Assembly (NCBI GenBank): GCA_029225165.1
Contig: JAQXVY010000017.1
Location: 43,562-107,561 of the forward strand
Direction: 5' to 3'
Length of the DNA stretch: 64,000 nucleotides
Source: Oscillospiraceae bacterium
GTDB taxonomy: Bacteria; Bacillota; Clostridia; Oscillospirales; Acutalibacteraceae
In this document: positions 8,906 through 18,696 of the stretch, one piece after another
Layout of the letters: each line of letters starts with the position of its first letter
How positions within the stretch are numbered: position 1 is the first letter of the stretch
The notes under the pieces: model-generated
Told to the model about the DNA's origin: nothing
The model's input: the letters and a program-made list of their open reading frames with translations, nothing else
The model's database searches: none
Translations under genes and position numbers: made by a program

Positions 8906-9539
8906 GCGAATCTACTCATCAAAAGGACTCAGTTGTACACTGACAAGCGGTTCGGGCGGTTTCGGCGGTCATTCGGGACTTTATCTCATTGAAGATACCG
9001 AAAATTTCGGCTTGCCGATAAAGTCTAAGACTAAAGACGGTTATCAGATAGCATATCCCGGTGACAGCATTGATACAGCCTTTTCGGGACAAAATTCAAG
9101 GCGCGGCAGAGTAGGAAGTCAGATGGCGCACACGCTTACTACTTCCGCAACGCAGGCGTATTATTTCATAGACCTGAACCCTGATCCAAAGCTGACAGAA
9201 ATAGCAAGGTGCATAACTGCAAGACACGATTCGGGAATCAGTAACCGCAAGGCTGAACATTCGGGAGTTTTTGTGGAAAATTCAGATGTTCTCAATGACA
9301 ATGAAAAGTTTGCAGTAGCTTTTGTTGAGCCAAACGGCGAAGTTCATATCGGCAGAATCAGAAAGCTTACCCCGAGAGAGTGCTGGAGATTACAAGGCTT
9401 CACGGACGATCAGTTCGACAAAGCAAAAGCAACAGGACTATCCGACAGCAGGCTCTACAAGATGGCGGGAAATGCTGTGACAGTGAATGTAATCTCTGAA
9501 ATCGGGAAGATTATCAAAAAAGTAAATGATAAAAATTAA
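8478..9539 (+). CDS. DNA (cytosine-5)-methyltransferase, C-terminal chain (TRD, motifs IX-X), overlapping frame
   Basis: IRKLTPRECWRLQGF, LYKMAGNAVTVNVI; GGAGGTG at 8462-8468 before TTG/ATG at 8478/8481; ORF open from 8394. Confidence 0.75.
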   Translation: MMTQEKSYPNSYPISTFLLEDSPVSLSQSQEQEKDSVIQEERCFSRLLELLPLKNLSISSSKMFPVCLTTTKAKHLKQSSVHWMAWGIMCAGRYLTAKILESHNHEIECSLSDILEDNVPEKYYLSRKQAEKLLYKEKPTQGERIYSSKGLSCTLTSGSGGFGGHSGLYLIEDTENFGLPIKSKTKDGYQIAYPGDSIDTAFSGQNSRRGRVGSQMAHTLTTSATQAYYFIDLNPDPKLTEIARCITARHDSGISNRKAEHSGVFVENSDVLNDNEKFAVAFVEPNGEVHIGRIRKLTPRECWRLQGFTDDQFDKAKATGLSDSRLYKMAGNAVTVNVISEIGKIIKKVNDKN

Positions 9540-9593
9540 ATAACAACAACTGATATCAATCGTTCCGAACGACTGGTATTGGTTTTTATATAT

Positions 9594-9633
9594 AAGCCGT
9601 TGGTTGAGTTAAAAACTTAATCAATGGCTTTTT
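9594..9633 (+). terminator. intrinsic terminator
   Basis: aagccgttggttgagtt-aaa-aacttaatcaatggcttttt. Confidence 0.6.
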
Positions 9634-9758
9634 GTTGTTTCAGGGGCGATTGGTTCAGAACTTTGGTGAGAAGAGGGTTATGCCCCCACCAAAAGCAAAT
9701 TATTCTTTACCACAAATTTTGAGGTGGGGGATATGCCGGCGGTGGCTCACCGCAGGAG

Positions 9759-10730
9759 GTGATACCAATTAGAACGCCCGTGAGTTGGGTTGGAAACAAA
9801 ACTTCAATTCTACCCATTATTTATGCAATGTTTCCACTTGAATACAACAGATATATTGAACCCTTTGGCGGTTCGGGTGCTGTACTGTTTGGGAAGAAAC
9901 ATTCGGATAATTTTGAAGTGTATAACGACTACAATCATAACCTCGTAAATCTATTTAAATGTATGAGGGATAGACCTAATGCTCTTTGTGATGAACTGGA
10001 TTTATTCAATCTGAATTCAAGAGATCACTTTCAGGAATGTAAAACGGTTATAGCTACAGGTTCATTTGATGACAGATTTGTAGAGGAAGAAAAAGAATTA
10101 ATCAAAAAGTTTCATTCTGAAAACAAAGCTGATGAAATGACTGAACTTATGACAAGACGAATCCTTGATTATGATTTGAGAAGAGCCTCAATGTTTTACA
10201 AACTGCTAAGGTACAGTTATTCAAGCAGTGGAAAAAGTTATGCATCACAGCCAATGGATATTACTCATCTGTACGACTTAATCAAAAGCGCCGGTAAAAG
10301 ACTTAAGAAAACCGTTATAGAAAACCAGGATTTTGAAGTGCTTATTAAACATTACGATAGAGAAAAAGCCTTCTTCTATTGTGACCCACCGTATGTTTCA
10401 ACTGAGCATTTCTATGATTGTGGTTTTAATATGGACAGTCATATCAGGTTAAGGGATACCCTAATGAACATAAAAGGTTTGTTTCTGCTATCGTACAACG
10501 ATTGCGAAACTGTAAGACAACTTTATCATAATTGTTTCTTTTTTGATTTCAAAAGAGTTCACAGTATGGTACAGCGTTATGAGGCAGGAAAGGAATTTCC
10601 CGAAATCCTCATAGCAAATTACGACCTAACCAAAAGAGTTAGAGAGTCACCAATACAAATGTCCCTGTTTGACAATGAGCAGGAAAGACTTGATATTAAG
10701 AAAATTATTATGGAAGGAGTGGTAGCTTGA
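9759..10730 (+). CDS. Dam-family DNA adenine methyltransferase (orphan)
   Basis: WVGNK, YIEPFGGSGAV, VYND, FYCDPPY, LSYND, E.LI.NY. Confidence 0.92.
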   Translation: MIPIRTPVSWVGNKTSILPIIYAMFPLEYNRYIEPFGGSGAVLFGKKHSDNFEVYNDYNHNLVNLFKCMRDRPNALCDELDLFNLNSRDHFQECKTVIATGSFDDRFVEEEKELIKKFHSENKADEMTELMTRRILDYDLRRASMFYKLLRYSYSSSGKSYASQPMDITHLYDLIKSAGKRLKKTVIENQDFEVLIKHYDREKAFFYCDPPYVSTEHFYDCGFNMDSHIRLRDTLMNIKGLFLLSYNDCETVRQLYHNCFFFDFKRVHSMVQRYEAGKEFPEILIANYDLTKRVRESPIQMSLFDNEQERLDIKKIIMEGVVA

Positions 10731-10954
10731 GTGAATTATTCAAATTCATAAAAATACCTATTAAAGCACTTGAACAGTCAGGTGTTGATAATGCTAAGCC
10801 AATGCAGTTTTATGCACACGATGGTGCAATCATAATAACCAATGTTAACGAAGAAATTGACACAGGATTTGAGTGCGATTTGGACTGTAATAACTGTCCC
10901 CTTTCAAATATGGACTGTGGCAATGAAAATAAAAAAGAAGAGGAGAAACCGTAA
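10727..10954 (+). CDS. hypothetical AbrB-like protein with Cys cluster
   Basis: Overlaps MTase stop; IKIP..ALEQSG...DGAIII; CxxxCxxC. Confidence 0.6.
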   Translation: MSELFKFIKIPIKALEQSGVDNAKPMQFYAHDGAIIITNVNEEIDTGFECDLDCNNCPLSNMDCGNENKKEEEKP

Positions 10955-11247
10955 TGAAAAAGTTAGTGTTTTTAGGTAAAAGAGGAAGAACAACAATACC
11001 GTTGATAATGAGGTTCAGACATGATTATCATGATAATGATTTAATCTCATTTGAGGATAACGAGGACGGTTCAATCACAATTCGCCATGAGTGTATGTGT
11101 GACGAGAACTGCCCCATTGACTGTTCTGACTCATTTACATTGTATGACATTGTGAACTGCTTAAGTGAAAGTGAAAAGGAACATCTGCTTGTTTACCTTG
11201 CAAAATCGCTAAATGAAAAGGAAGTTAAAAGATATTATGGAAATTAA
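10954..11247 (+). CDS. AbrB/MazE/SpoVT-like DNA-binding protein
   Basis: LGKRGRTTIP..R......D.ISF...EDGSITI pattern. Confidence 0.7.
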   Translation: MKKLVFLGKRGRTTIPLIMRFRHDYHDNDLISFEDNEDGSITIRHECMCDENCPIDCSDSFTLYDIVNCLSESEKEHLLVYLAKSLNEKEVKRYYGN

Positions 11248-11353
11248 GTAGTATTCACCAAAGTTTAAGGTGTAATTCTTGTTGGTAATTGGTCTGGATA
11301 AAGATTAGTTTTTCATATATACTTGTCACTAATAAAAATAAATTTTTTAAGGA

Positions 11354-11794
11354 GTGACAGTTATGAAAAAGCAAATGGCAATCTTAATGAGCATTCTTGT
11401 AATGGCTGGTTCAACAGTATCGGTGAATGGGGTTGCAAATGGGAGTGTTGTGGTGAAAACTTCGGCAACCCATAGTGTAGTTAGATCCCACAAAAGTAAA
11501 ATTTCAGCCAAGAAAAAGACAAAAAAACTGAATGTGAAATCAGCCATTAAAACAGCAAGAAACTATGGCACAAAGCTTGGTATGCACCACGATAAAACAT
11601 TAAATACAGATAATGCAAGTTGGTTCGCTCCTACAAACACCAAGTATTATAAGAATACAACTGAGCTGAAAAAAGCACTAAAAGGTGATGTAAGATATGT
11701 GGCTTACTTCTATAAAGACTCAGGGATATTACCAAGTGACATCACCTTTAATATAGTGAAAGAGAACAGCAGAATATATGTAGTATATTGCTAA
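11354..11794 (+). CDS. secreted hypothetical protein
   Basis: Signal-peptide-like N-terminus; AAGGAG RBS; own terminator at ~11801-11828. Confidence 0.7.
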   Translation: MTVMKKQMAILMSILVMAGSTVSVNGVANGSVVVKTSATHSVVRSHKSKISAKKKTKKLNVKSAIKTARNYGTKLGMHHDKTLNTDNASWFAPTNTKYYKNTTELKKALKGDVRYVAYFYKDSGILPSDITFNIVKENSRIYVVYC

Positions 11795-11851
11795 TCGAAC
11801 AGCACTCACTGAAAAGTGGGTGTTTTTTAATTTGGAAAGGATGATATATCT

Positions 11852-12430
11852 ATGGCGATTAAAAACATAACAACAAACGAATTAAGAAAGATGAATGACA
11901 AAGAAGGTATAATCCTTCAAGGCTGTGGTGGTGATCCACAGGGATGGATTGATGGCGTAAATGAGATGTTCAAAGAAGGAGGTATACTTCTGGATGATAC
12001 AAAGTTTACTGATGCATATGTATTTGACAATGACAACTTAACATGTATGCTGTTTCCATTCGATAACAAGGTTCACCTTAACACTTCAAAACTTGCGATG
12101 TGGAGATTACAGATGTACCCAATTTTTGCAGGGACTTGGCTTTCTGACTATGTACCCAACAAGTTAGGTGGATTTCTTGCTGAAGAAGAACAACATCAAA
12201 GAGAAAAACCGGACTGTAAACTTATTGGTGAAGACGGCAATATATTCAACCTTATGGGGATTGCAAGTAAAACTCTAAAGCAAAACGGTATGGCTGACGA
12301 AGCAAAAGAAATGTGCAGTCGTATTACGAGTTCGGGTAGTTATTGTGAGGCACTGAACATTATCGGTGAGTATGTGAACATCACAGGTGATGATGAGGAA
12401 TATACAGATGGTTTTGAACAGTCTATGTAA
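11852..12430 (+). CDS. conserved ICE hypothetical protein
   Basis: 192 aa; GIILQGCGG, GTWLSDY, KP.CKLIGEDGNIFNL motifs typical of Clostridial ICEs. Confidence 0.75.
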   Translation: MAIKNITTNELRKMNDKEGIILQGCGGDPQGWIDGVNEMFKEGGILLDDTKFTDAYVFDNDNLTCMLFPFDNKVHLNTSKLAMWRLQMYPIFAGTWLSDYVPNKLGGFLAEEEQHQREKPDCKLIGEDGNIFNLMGIASKTLKQNGMADEAKEMCSRITSSGSYCEALNIIGEYVNITGDDEEYTDGFEQSM

Positions 12431-12536
12431 GAGGAGAGTGATGATAAATATGTTTTAGTCATATTACAACTAAAAAATACCAATCAAATGGCAGAGCAAT
12501 CTGCCTTATTTTTATGTCAAAAAGGAGATTTCAATA

Positions 12537-15500
12537 ATGACAAAAGTAGTAAATAACAAAAATTTCAAGAGAGTTACAGCAACTATTTTAGCTGTGATAG
12601 TATTGCTTGGTACAGTCTTTGTTATGCCGGTAAACGCAGTAGGTAAGAGTGTAACAGTAACCTTTGATTACTGCTATGACACAGCAGGAAACATTATAAA
12701 GTATGTACAAAAAACAACAGCACCTAACGGTACAACTGTTGGTACAGTAGGTGAAGAATTATGCAGAATTTATGTTGACGGCAAGGACGCATATTGCATT
12801 GAACCCGGTGTTTACCTTATGAGTGGTGATACAGTTACAGAGGACGCCTCTACAACTTGGAAAAATCTTGGTTCAGCAAAGCAGAAAGCAATTAACCTTG
12901 CACTTCTCTACGGTAAGCCCGGCAATAGTTCCAATATGTCAGGTACAGCAGGTCAGCAGTGGATTGCAACTCAGCTTATCATATGGGAATTTGTAACAGG
13001 TTGCAGAAGTACAAGTGATGGTTTTAAGTGTACTGACAAACGCTTCTACAATGGTATTTGCGGTGGCGACAGCAATACAGGTGTACAGACAAACTACAAC
13101 AAAATATCAAACCTACTTGCTGAATATTCAACAGTACCAAGCTTTGCATCAGTATTAAAATCAAAGGCAGAAACTTATGAGATGAAGTATAAGGACGGAG
13201 AGTATTCTGTGACGCTTAAAGATGAAAACAAGGTTCTTGATGAGTTTAATTTTAAGGCAACAGATGGAGTAAAAGTTTCCGTTTCAGGTAACAAACTGAC
13301 TCTCACATCTTCAAAGCCTGTTGATAATGAGGTTTCCTTTACCTCTGCAAAGAAAATGCCAAGTGTTAGTTCAAGTTCACAGCTAATTGCCTATGGTTCA
13401 AGTTCCGTGCAAGATGTAATATCCGGAGTAGAGCCTGAGAGCGACCCTGTGAAAGCATACTTTTCTGTTAAGACAATGACAGGTAATCTGAAACTAAAGA
13501 AAACTTCAGAGGACGGCATCGTAGAGGGTATTAAATTCACAGTCACAGTCACAGGTACAGATTACAGTAAAACAGTAACCACAGATAAAGATGGTACTTT
13601 CACACTTACCGACCTTGTTCCCGGCACATACACTGTAACTGAAACAGTGGCTACAAGATACGCAGAACAGGAAAGCAAAACTGTTAAGGTTGAATCCGGA
13701 AAAACAGCAACCGTTACCTTTAGTAATGTTCTTAAAAAGTGGAGAGCAAAGGTAACAAAAATTGATGCCGACACAACAACTGCACAGGGTGATGCAACTT
13801 TGTCTGGTGCTGTATATGGTGTGTATGAAGATGGAAAGTTAAAGGACAAGTACACCACTAATTCAAAAGGTGAATTTACAACAAGTTACTATACTTGTGG
13901 TGCAAACTGGACTATAAAGGAAATCACTCCGTCAGAGGGTTACCTTCTGAATGAGAGTGAATACAAGGTTGGTGCAACAGCAGGAACCTTTACCCTTGAA
14001 AAGAACACTATAGATAAGTCTGTTAAAGAAAAAGTGATTAAGGGTAATGTGTCAATCATCAAGCATACCGATGACGGCAGTACGAAAATTGAAACACCTG
14101 AAAAAGGTGCAGAGTTTCAAGTGTATTTGAAATCATCGGGAAGCTATGCGAAAGCAAAAGAATCCGAAAGAGATACTCTTGTTTGTGATGAATACGGATT
14201 TGCAGAAACAAAGGATTTGCCCTACGGCACATATACCGTTCATCAGACCAAGGGCTGGAACGGCACAGAGTTCATTGCCGACTTTGATGTGTTTATTTCT
14301 GAAAATAATAAGACTTACAAATACCTCATCAACAATGCAAGTCTTGAAAGCTATCTCAAAATTGTAAAGACAGATGCAGATACAGGAAAGCAGATTCCGT
14401 ATGCAGGCGCAGGCTTTCAGGTTTACAGTCCAAAGGGTGAACTTGTAACAATGAAGTACACCTATCCCTCTGTTACAAAGATTGATACTTTCTATACAAA
14501 TGAAGATGGCTATCTTGTTTCTCCCGAAAAACTTCCATACGGTAAGGGTTACAGTATTGTAGAGGTTCAGGCACCTTATGGATATGTATTAGATTCCACA
14601 CCTGTATATTTTGATATTACAGCAGAAAACACAACTTCCGAAGATGGTATTACCGTTGTTAAAGCAGAGAAAAAAGACAAGGTTCAGATGGGTACAATCA
14701 CAGTCACAAAGACTGGTGAAATATTTAAAACGGTATCAAACACTGATAATGTATATCAGCCTGTTTATGAAAAATCAAACCTTGAGGGTGCAGTGTTTGA
14801 AATCTATGCAGATGAGGACATTACAATGCCTGACGGAACAGTAAGAGTTGCTAAAGACACACTTGTTGATACAATCACCACAGGTGAGAACGGAACAGCC
14901 AAAAGCAAAGAATTATACCTTGGCAAGTACAGGCTTGTTGAAACACAGACCCTTGACGGATATGTTCTAAGTACTGAACCAACAACTGTTGAAATCACAT
15001 ATGCTGATCAGGAAGTAGCCGTAACAAATGTGGATACATCTATCAACAACGAAAGACAAAAGGCAGAAGTGAATCTTAAGAAGATTCTTGAAGAAACAAA
15101 AGATTACCAAGCAGATAACAAGGAAATTCTTAATGTCAGCTTTGCTCTCTATGCAAAGGATGAAATCAAAGCAAGTGACGGAACTGCTATCCCGAAGGAT
15201 GGACTTGTTGAAATTATCAACTGTAAAGAAGATGGCACCGCTACATTTACTAATGATTTACCATTTGGAAATTACTATGTTCAGGAATACACGACTGACG
15301 ACCACTATGTAATTGATGACACAAAGTATGAATTTTCATTTGAATATACTGATCCTCATACCTCAAAACAAGTCATTAACATCAATGGCGGAGAAAACAT
15401 CATCAACAAACTTCTCCACGGCAAGGTCACCACAACCAAGGTGGACGAGGAATACCCAAAGAATAAGCTCTCAGGGGCAACTTTTGTAGTGTACAGAGAT

Positions 15501-16139
15501 AGTAACGGCAATAAAGAGTTTGACAAAGCTGACAAGGTTTGTGGCGAAATGAAAGAGGTTAAAAAGGGTGTCTATGAACTTGATAACCTTACCTATGGTG
15601 GTTACTTCCTTTATGAAAAAACTGCACCAATCGGCTTTGTTCGTGACAAAGAACATTATTACTTTGAAATCACGAAAAACAGTGAAACAGTAGTAATTGA
15701 AAACAAGTCCGGTGTAGGTTTTACCGACAGGAAAATCACAGGTAGTCTTGAAATCACAAAGAAAGATATCAGCAGTGGAGAACTTCTGCCGGACTCAGGT
15801 TTCAGAATCAAGGACGAAAACGGCAAGACTGTTGTTGAGGGTTACACCAACAAAAAAGGTTTAGCAAAATTCACCTTAACATATGGCAAATACACCTATG
15901 AAGAATTTGATGCACCTGACGGATATATCATTGACACAACTCCACATTCCTTTGAAATTTCAAAGGACGGTCAGATTGTCAAGGCTGAAATGACAAATAA
16001 GGCAGAAAAACAGGAAAACCCAAAGACAGGTGACTCCAATCACGGTTTCCTAATAGGTATTATTGCAGTAATTCTCGGCGGTGTCATTTCAGCGGTTGTT
16101 ATTAAACTCAGAGGCAAAAAAGATGAGGATGATGACTAA
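12537..16139 (+). CDS. cell-wall-anchored adhesin: Cys-Gln thioester domain, SpaA/CnaB repeats, NPKTG sorting signal
   Basis: Signal peptide; AYCIEPG and ATQLIIW; repeated KxD...GAxF...Y...E..AP.GY; ENPKTGD, TM helix, basic tail. Confidence 0.9.
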   Translation: MTKVVNNKNFKRVTATILAVIVLLGTVFVMPVNAVGKSVTVTFDYCYDTAGNIIKYVQKTTAPNGTTVGTVGEELCRIYVDGKDAYCIEPGVYLMSGDTVTEDASTTWKNLGSAKQKAINLALLYGKPGNSSNMSGTAGQQWIATQLIIWEFVTGCRSTSDGFKCTDKRFYNGICGGDSNTGVQTNYNKISNLLAEYSTVPSFASVLKSKAETYEMKYKDGEYSVTLKDENKVLDEFNFKATDGVKVSVSGNKLTLTSSKPVDNEVSFTSAKKMPSVSSSSQLIAYGSSSVQDVISGVEPESDPVKAYFSVKTMTGNLKLKKTSEDGIVEGIKFTVTVTGTDYSKTVTTDKDGTFTLTDLVPGTYTVTETVATRYAEQESKTVKVESGKTATVTFSNVLKKWRAKVTKIDADTTTAQGDATLSGAVYGVYEDGKLKDKYTTNSKGEFTTSYYTCGANWTIKEITPSEGYLLNESEYKVGATAGTFTLEKNTIDKSVKEKVIKGNVSIIKHTDDGSTKIETPEKGAEFQVYLKSSGSYAKAKESERDTLVCDEYGFAETKDLPYGTYTVHQTKGWNGTEFIADFDVFISENNKTYKYLINNASLESYLKIVKTDADTGKQIPYAGAGFQVYSPKGELVTMKYTYPSVTKIDTFYTNEDGYLVSPEKLPYGKGYSIVEVQAPYGYVLDSTPVYFDITAENTTSEDGITVVKAEKKDKVQMGTITVTKTGEIFKTVSNTDNVYQPVYEKSNLEGAVFEIYADEDITMPDGTVRVAKDTLVDTITTGENGTAKSKELYLGKYRLVETQTLDGYVLSTEPTTVEITYADQEVAVTNVDTSINNERQKAEVNLKKILEETKDYQADNKEILNVSFALYAKDEIKASDGTAIPKDGLVEIINCKEDGTATFTNDLPFGNYYVQEYTTDDHYVIDDTKYEFSFEYTDPHTSKQVININGGENIINKLLHGKVTTTKVDEEYPKNKLSGATFVVYRDSNGNKEFDKADKVCGEMKEVKKGVYELDNLTYGGYFLYEKTAPIGFVRDKEHYYFEITKNSETVVIENKSGVGFTDRKITGSLEITKKDISSGELLPDSGFRIKDENGKTVVEGYTNKKGLAKFTLTYGKYTYEEFDAPDGYIIDTTPHSFEISKDGQIVKAEMTNKAEKQENPKTGDSNHGFLIGIIAVILGGVISAVVIKLRGKKDEDDD

Positions 16140-16465
16140 TGAAAACAGCCTATATCTGTTCCCCACTTTCAGGTGATATTGAGAATAACATCAAGAAGGC
16201 AAAGCTTTATGGAAAATACGCATTTAACAGAGGTATGGCTCCTGTCATACCTCATATTTATGCAGAAATTTTATGTGACGACATTCCCTCTGAGAGAGAA
16301 CTTGGAATGAGAGCCGACAGAGAATTACTCTTTAAATGTGATGAATTATGGGTGTTTGGCGATACAATCACAAAAGGAATGAAAGAGGAAATACACTTTG
16401 CCAAGATGATTAATATGAAAATAAAATATATTTCAAATTCGGAGGTAGATAAATATGAGTGCTAA
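16139..16465 (+). CDS. DUF4406/nucleoside deoxyribosyltransferase-like protein
   Basis: AYICSP..GD...N, PH, CDELWVFG..ITKGM..EI. Confidence 0.8.
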   Translation: MKTAYICSPLSGDIENNIKKAKLYGKYAFNRGMAPVIPHIYAEILCDDIPSERELGMRADRELLFKCDELWVFGDTITKGMKEEIHFAKMINMKIKYISNSEVDKYEC

Positions 16466-16799
16466 AAATAAGCGTCTTTTAAAAATTGTAATAATGTGTT
16501 TGCTTGTTGCAGTTGTGATTGGAGTTTCAACTATACCTGTCTTTGCGGCAGGAGATGTCAGTACTGCAATTCAGTCCACTTGGACTAAAGCGCAGACGCA
16601 GATTAAGAATGTTGTAAACAATGTTGTTTTCCCTGTTGTGGATATGATTCTTGCAATCCTGTTTTTCGTAAAACTGGGCACAGCATACTTTGACTATCGA
16701 AAACACGGTCAGTTTGAATTTACCGCCCCTGCAATTCTGTTCGGCTGTCTTGTGTTTACATTAACAGCACCGCTATATATCTGGACAGTATTGGGGTGA
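16455..16799 (+). CDS. VirB2-like conjugative pilin (DUF3852-like)
   Basis: Signal peptide plus 2 TM; position at head of T4SS cluster. Confidence 0.7.
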   Translation: MSAKNKRLLKIVIMCLLVAVVIGVSTIPVFAAGDVSTAIQSTWTKAQTQIKNVVNNVVFPVVDMILAILFFVKLGTAYFDYRKHGQFEFTAPAILFGCLVFTLTAPLYIWTVLG

Positions 16800-16803
16800 T
16801 TAA

Positions 16804-17736
16804 ATGTTTGACTGGATAGGGGACTTTGTTGGCGGTATTGGTGACGCTATAGGTTCAGCTTGGGATACACTTGGAGAAAAGATTTCCAATGCCATATTTG
16901 ACACATTACTGCAATGGATATATACACAGATTTATAATGCAGTTGCCTCTTTCTTTACAGCCATGAATGAAATGGGCGCAGAAATCTTTGAGTTAAATTG
17001 GGTATCGGCAACCCTTAATCTGTTCAAAATGTTTGCCTGGTCGCTGTTTGTTACAGGACTGGTAGTAGCAGTATTTGACACAGCAATAGAATATCAGAAC
17101 GGCAGAGCAAGTATAAAGACAACTGCTATCAATGCACTTAAAGGATTTTTTGCAGTTTCTCTGTTTTCTGTAGTGCCAGTCACTTTGTATAAATTCTGTA
17201 TCAGCTTGCAGGGCACATTTGCAACGGAATTGTCAGCTTTAGCAGGAGCAAGTCATACCCTTGATTTATCCGGAAAATCCACCTCGGTTTTAGCGGGTTC
17301 ATTTGCAGTGACCGGTGATGTTAAATTAGGACTTTTTAATATTCTTTCTCTCATAGCTTTTGCCTATTGTGTTATTAAAATATTCTTTGCCAACATCAAG
17401 CGAGGCGGTATTCTCATAATCCAAATGGCAGTAGGCAGTCTGTATATGTTCAGTATTCCAAGGGGATATACAGATGGTTTTAACCAATGGATAAAGCAGA
17501 TAGTCGCCCTTTGCCTTACAGCATTTATGCAGACAACACTACTTTTCCTTGGACTGCTGACCTTTGCAGATAATATGCTGTTAGGACTTGGAATAATGCT
17601 AAGTGCAAATGAAGTGCCGAGAATTGCACAACAGTTTGGTCTTGATTCATCGGTAAAGGTAAATATGACAAGTGTTATTCATACCACTACAACCGCAGTC
17701 AACCTTACAAGGTCGGTAGCAAAAGCAGTTTCATAG
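16804..17736 (+). CDS. VirB6/TrbL-like polytopic conjugation protein
   Basis: Multiple TMs; T4SS context. Confidence 0.75.
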   Translation: MFDWIGDFVGGIGDAIGSAWDTLGEKISNAIFDTLLQWIYTQIYNAVASFFTAMNEMGAEIFELNWVSATLNLFKMFAWSLFVTGLVVAVFDTAIEYQNGRASIKTTAINALKGFFAVSLFSVVPVTLYKFCISLQGTFATELSALAGASHTLDLSGKSTSVLAGSFAVTGDVKLGLFNILSLIAFAYCVIKIFFANIKRGGILIIQMAVGSLYMFSIPRGYTDGFNQWIKQIVALCLTAFMQTTLLFLGLLTFADNMLLGLGIMLSANEVPRIAQQFGLDSSVKVNMTSVIHTTTTAVNLTRSVAKAVS

Positions 17737-17746
17737 GAGGCTAAAA

Positions 17747-18013
17747 ATGAAACAAACATATCTATATCCTCAAAATCTCAAAGCCACAGCAAGTCTGTGG
17801 CTTTGGTCTTTAAGGGATTTTACAATTATCTGTATAGCGTTATTACTTTCAGTAATCATTATATCCCAAACTTGGTTTGTATTGCCTTTAGCATTAACAC
17901 TATGCTTTGCATTTCTGTCAATCAGGCTTGATGATACAACCATACTGGACTTTATCAGATATGCAGTAAAGTTTTTTATTACAACACAACAAGAATTTAA
18001 ATGGGAAATGTGA
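17747..18013 (+). CDS. VirB3/PrgI-like membrane protein
   Basis: 88 aa, 2 TM, between VirB6-like and VirB4. Confidence 0.65.
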   Translation: MKQTYLYPQNLKATASLWLWSLRDFTIICIALLLSVIIISQTWFVLPLALTLCFAFLSIRLDDTTILDFIRYAVKFFITTQQEFKWEM

Positions 18014-18090
18014 CATTCCATACAAAACCCACACACAAAGTACGCAGAGAAAGGAAAAACATTGTCCTGCGTCATAACTAAGGAGGAAAA

Positions 18091-18696
18091 ATGAATAAGA
18101 AAAAATTAAAGAGAAAGGGCAGATCAGTTCAGGACTTACTTGCAATCAAGACCTTTACGAAGAACGGTTTACAGGTAGGTAAAGATGAACTGATTTTCTT
18201 TTCTGTTCAGCCAATAAACATTTCAGTATTATCCCATGAAAATATTGAAATTAAAATCCGTCATTTGATGATGGTGCTTTCTGCTGCGCCGGACATTGAA
18301 ATATCCTGTACAGATTCAAGTGAATGTTTTGACAGCAACAAGGCGTATATCAATGATAGGATTGAAGAAGAACAGAATGATAAAATCAAGAAGCTTCTGA
18401 AAAAGGATTATGGTTTTCTTGATGAAATACAGTCTGATACTGCAACTGCAAGACAGTTTGTTTTTGTTGTGAGATGTAAAGGTACAAAGTACGAACAAAA
18501 CAGAACTTTGGCAAGCCGAGTGGAGAAAATCATTTCAGAACAGGGCTTTGATATTTCAAGACTTGATAAGGTCCAACTCAAGAGATTTCTTGCAATCTAC
18601 TTTGGAGCGTCAAAGAACGGTGAAAACATCCCCGACTATGACGGATTGCAGTATATGAAGGAGAATGAAGATGAAGAAACAAAAGATGAAGTTTAA
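18091..18696 (+). CDS. conjugation-associated hypothetical protein
   Basis: AAGGAGG RBS; VQPINISVLS motif; T4SS context. Confidence 0.7.
   Translation: MNKKKLKRKGRSVQDLLAIKTFTKNGLQVGKDELIFFSVQPINISVLSHENIEIKIRHLMMVLSAAPDIEISCTDSSECFDSNKAYINDRIEEEQNDKIKKLLKKDYGFLDEIQSDTATARQFVFVVRCKGTKYEQNRTLASRVEKIISEQGFDISRLDKVQLKRFLAIYFGASKNGENIPDYDGLQYMKENEDEETKDEV

Noticed and set aside
8321-10730. Complete restriction-modification system
   Set aside because: No recognisable endonuclease adjacent; both methyltransferases appear to be orphans
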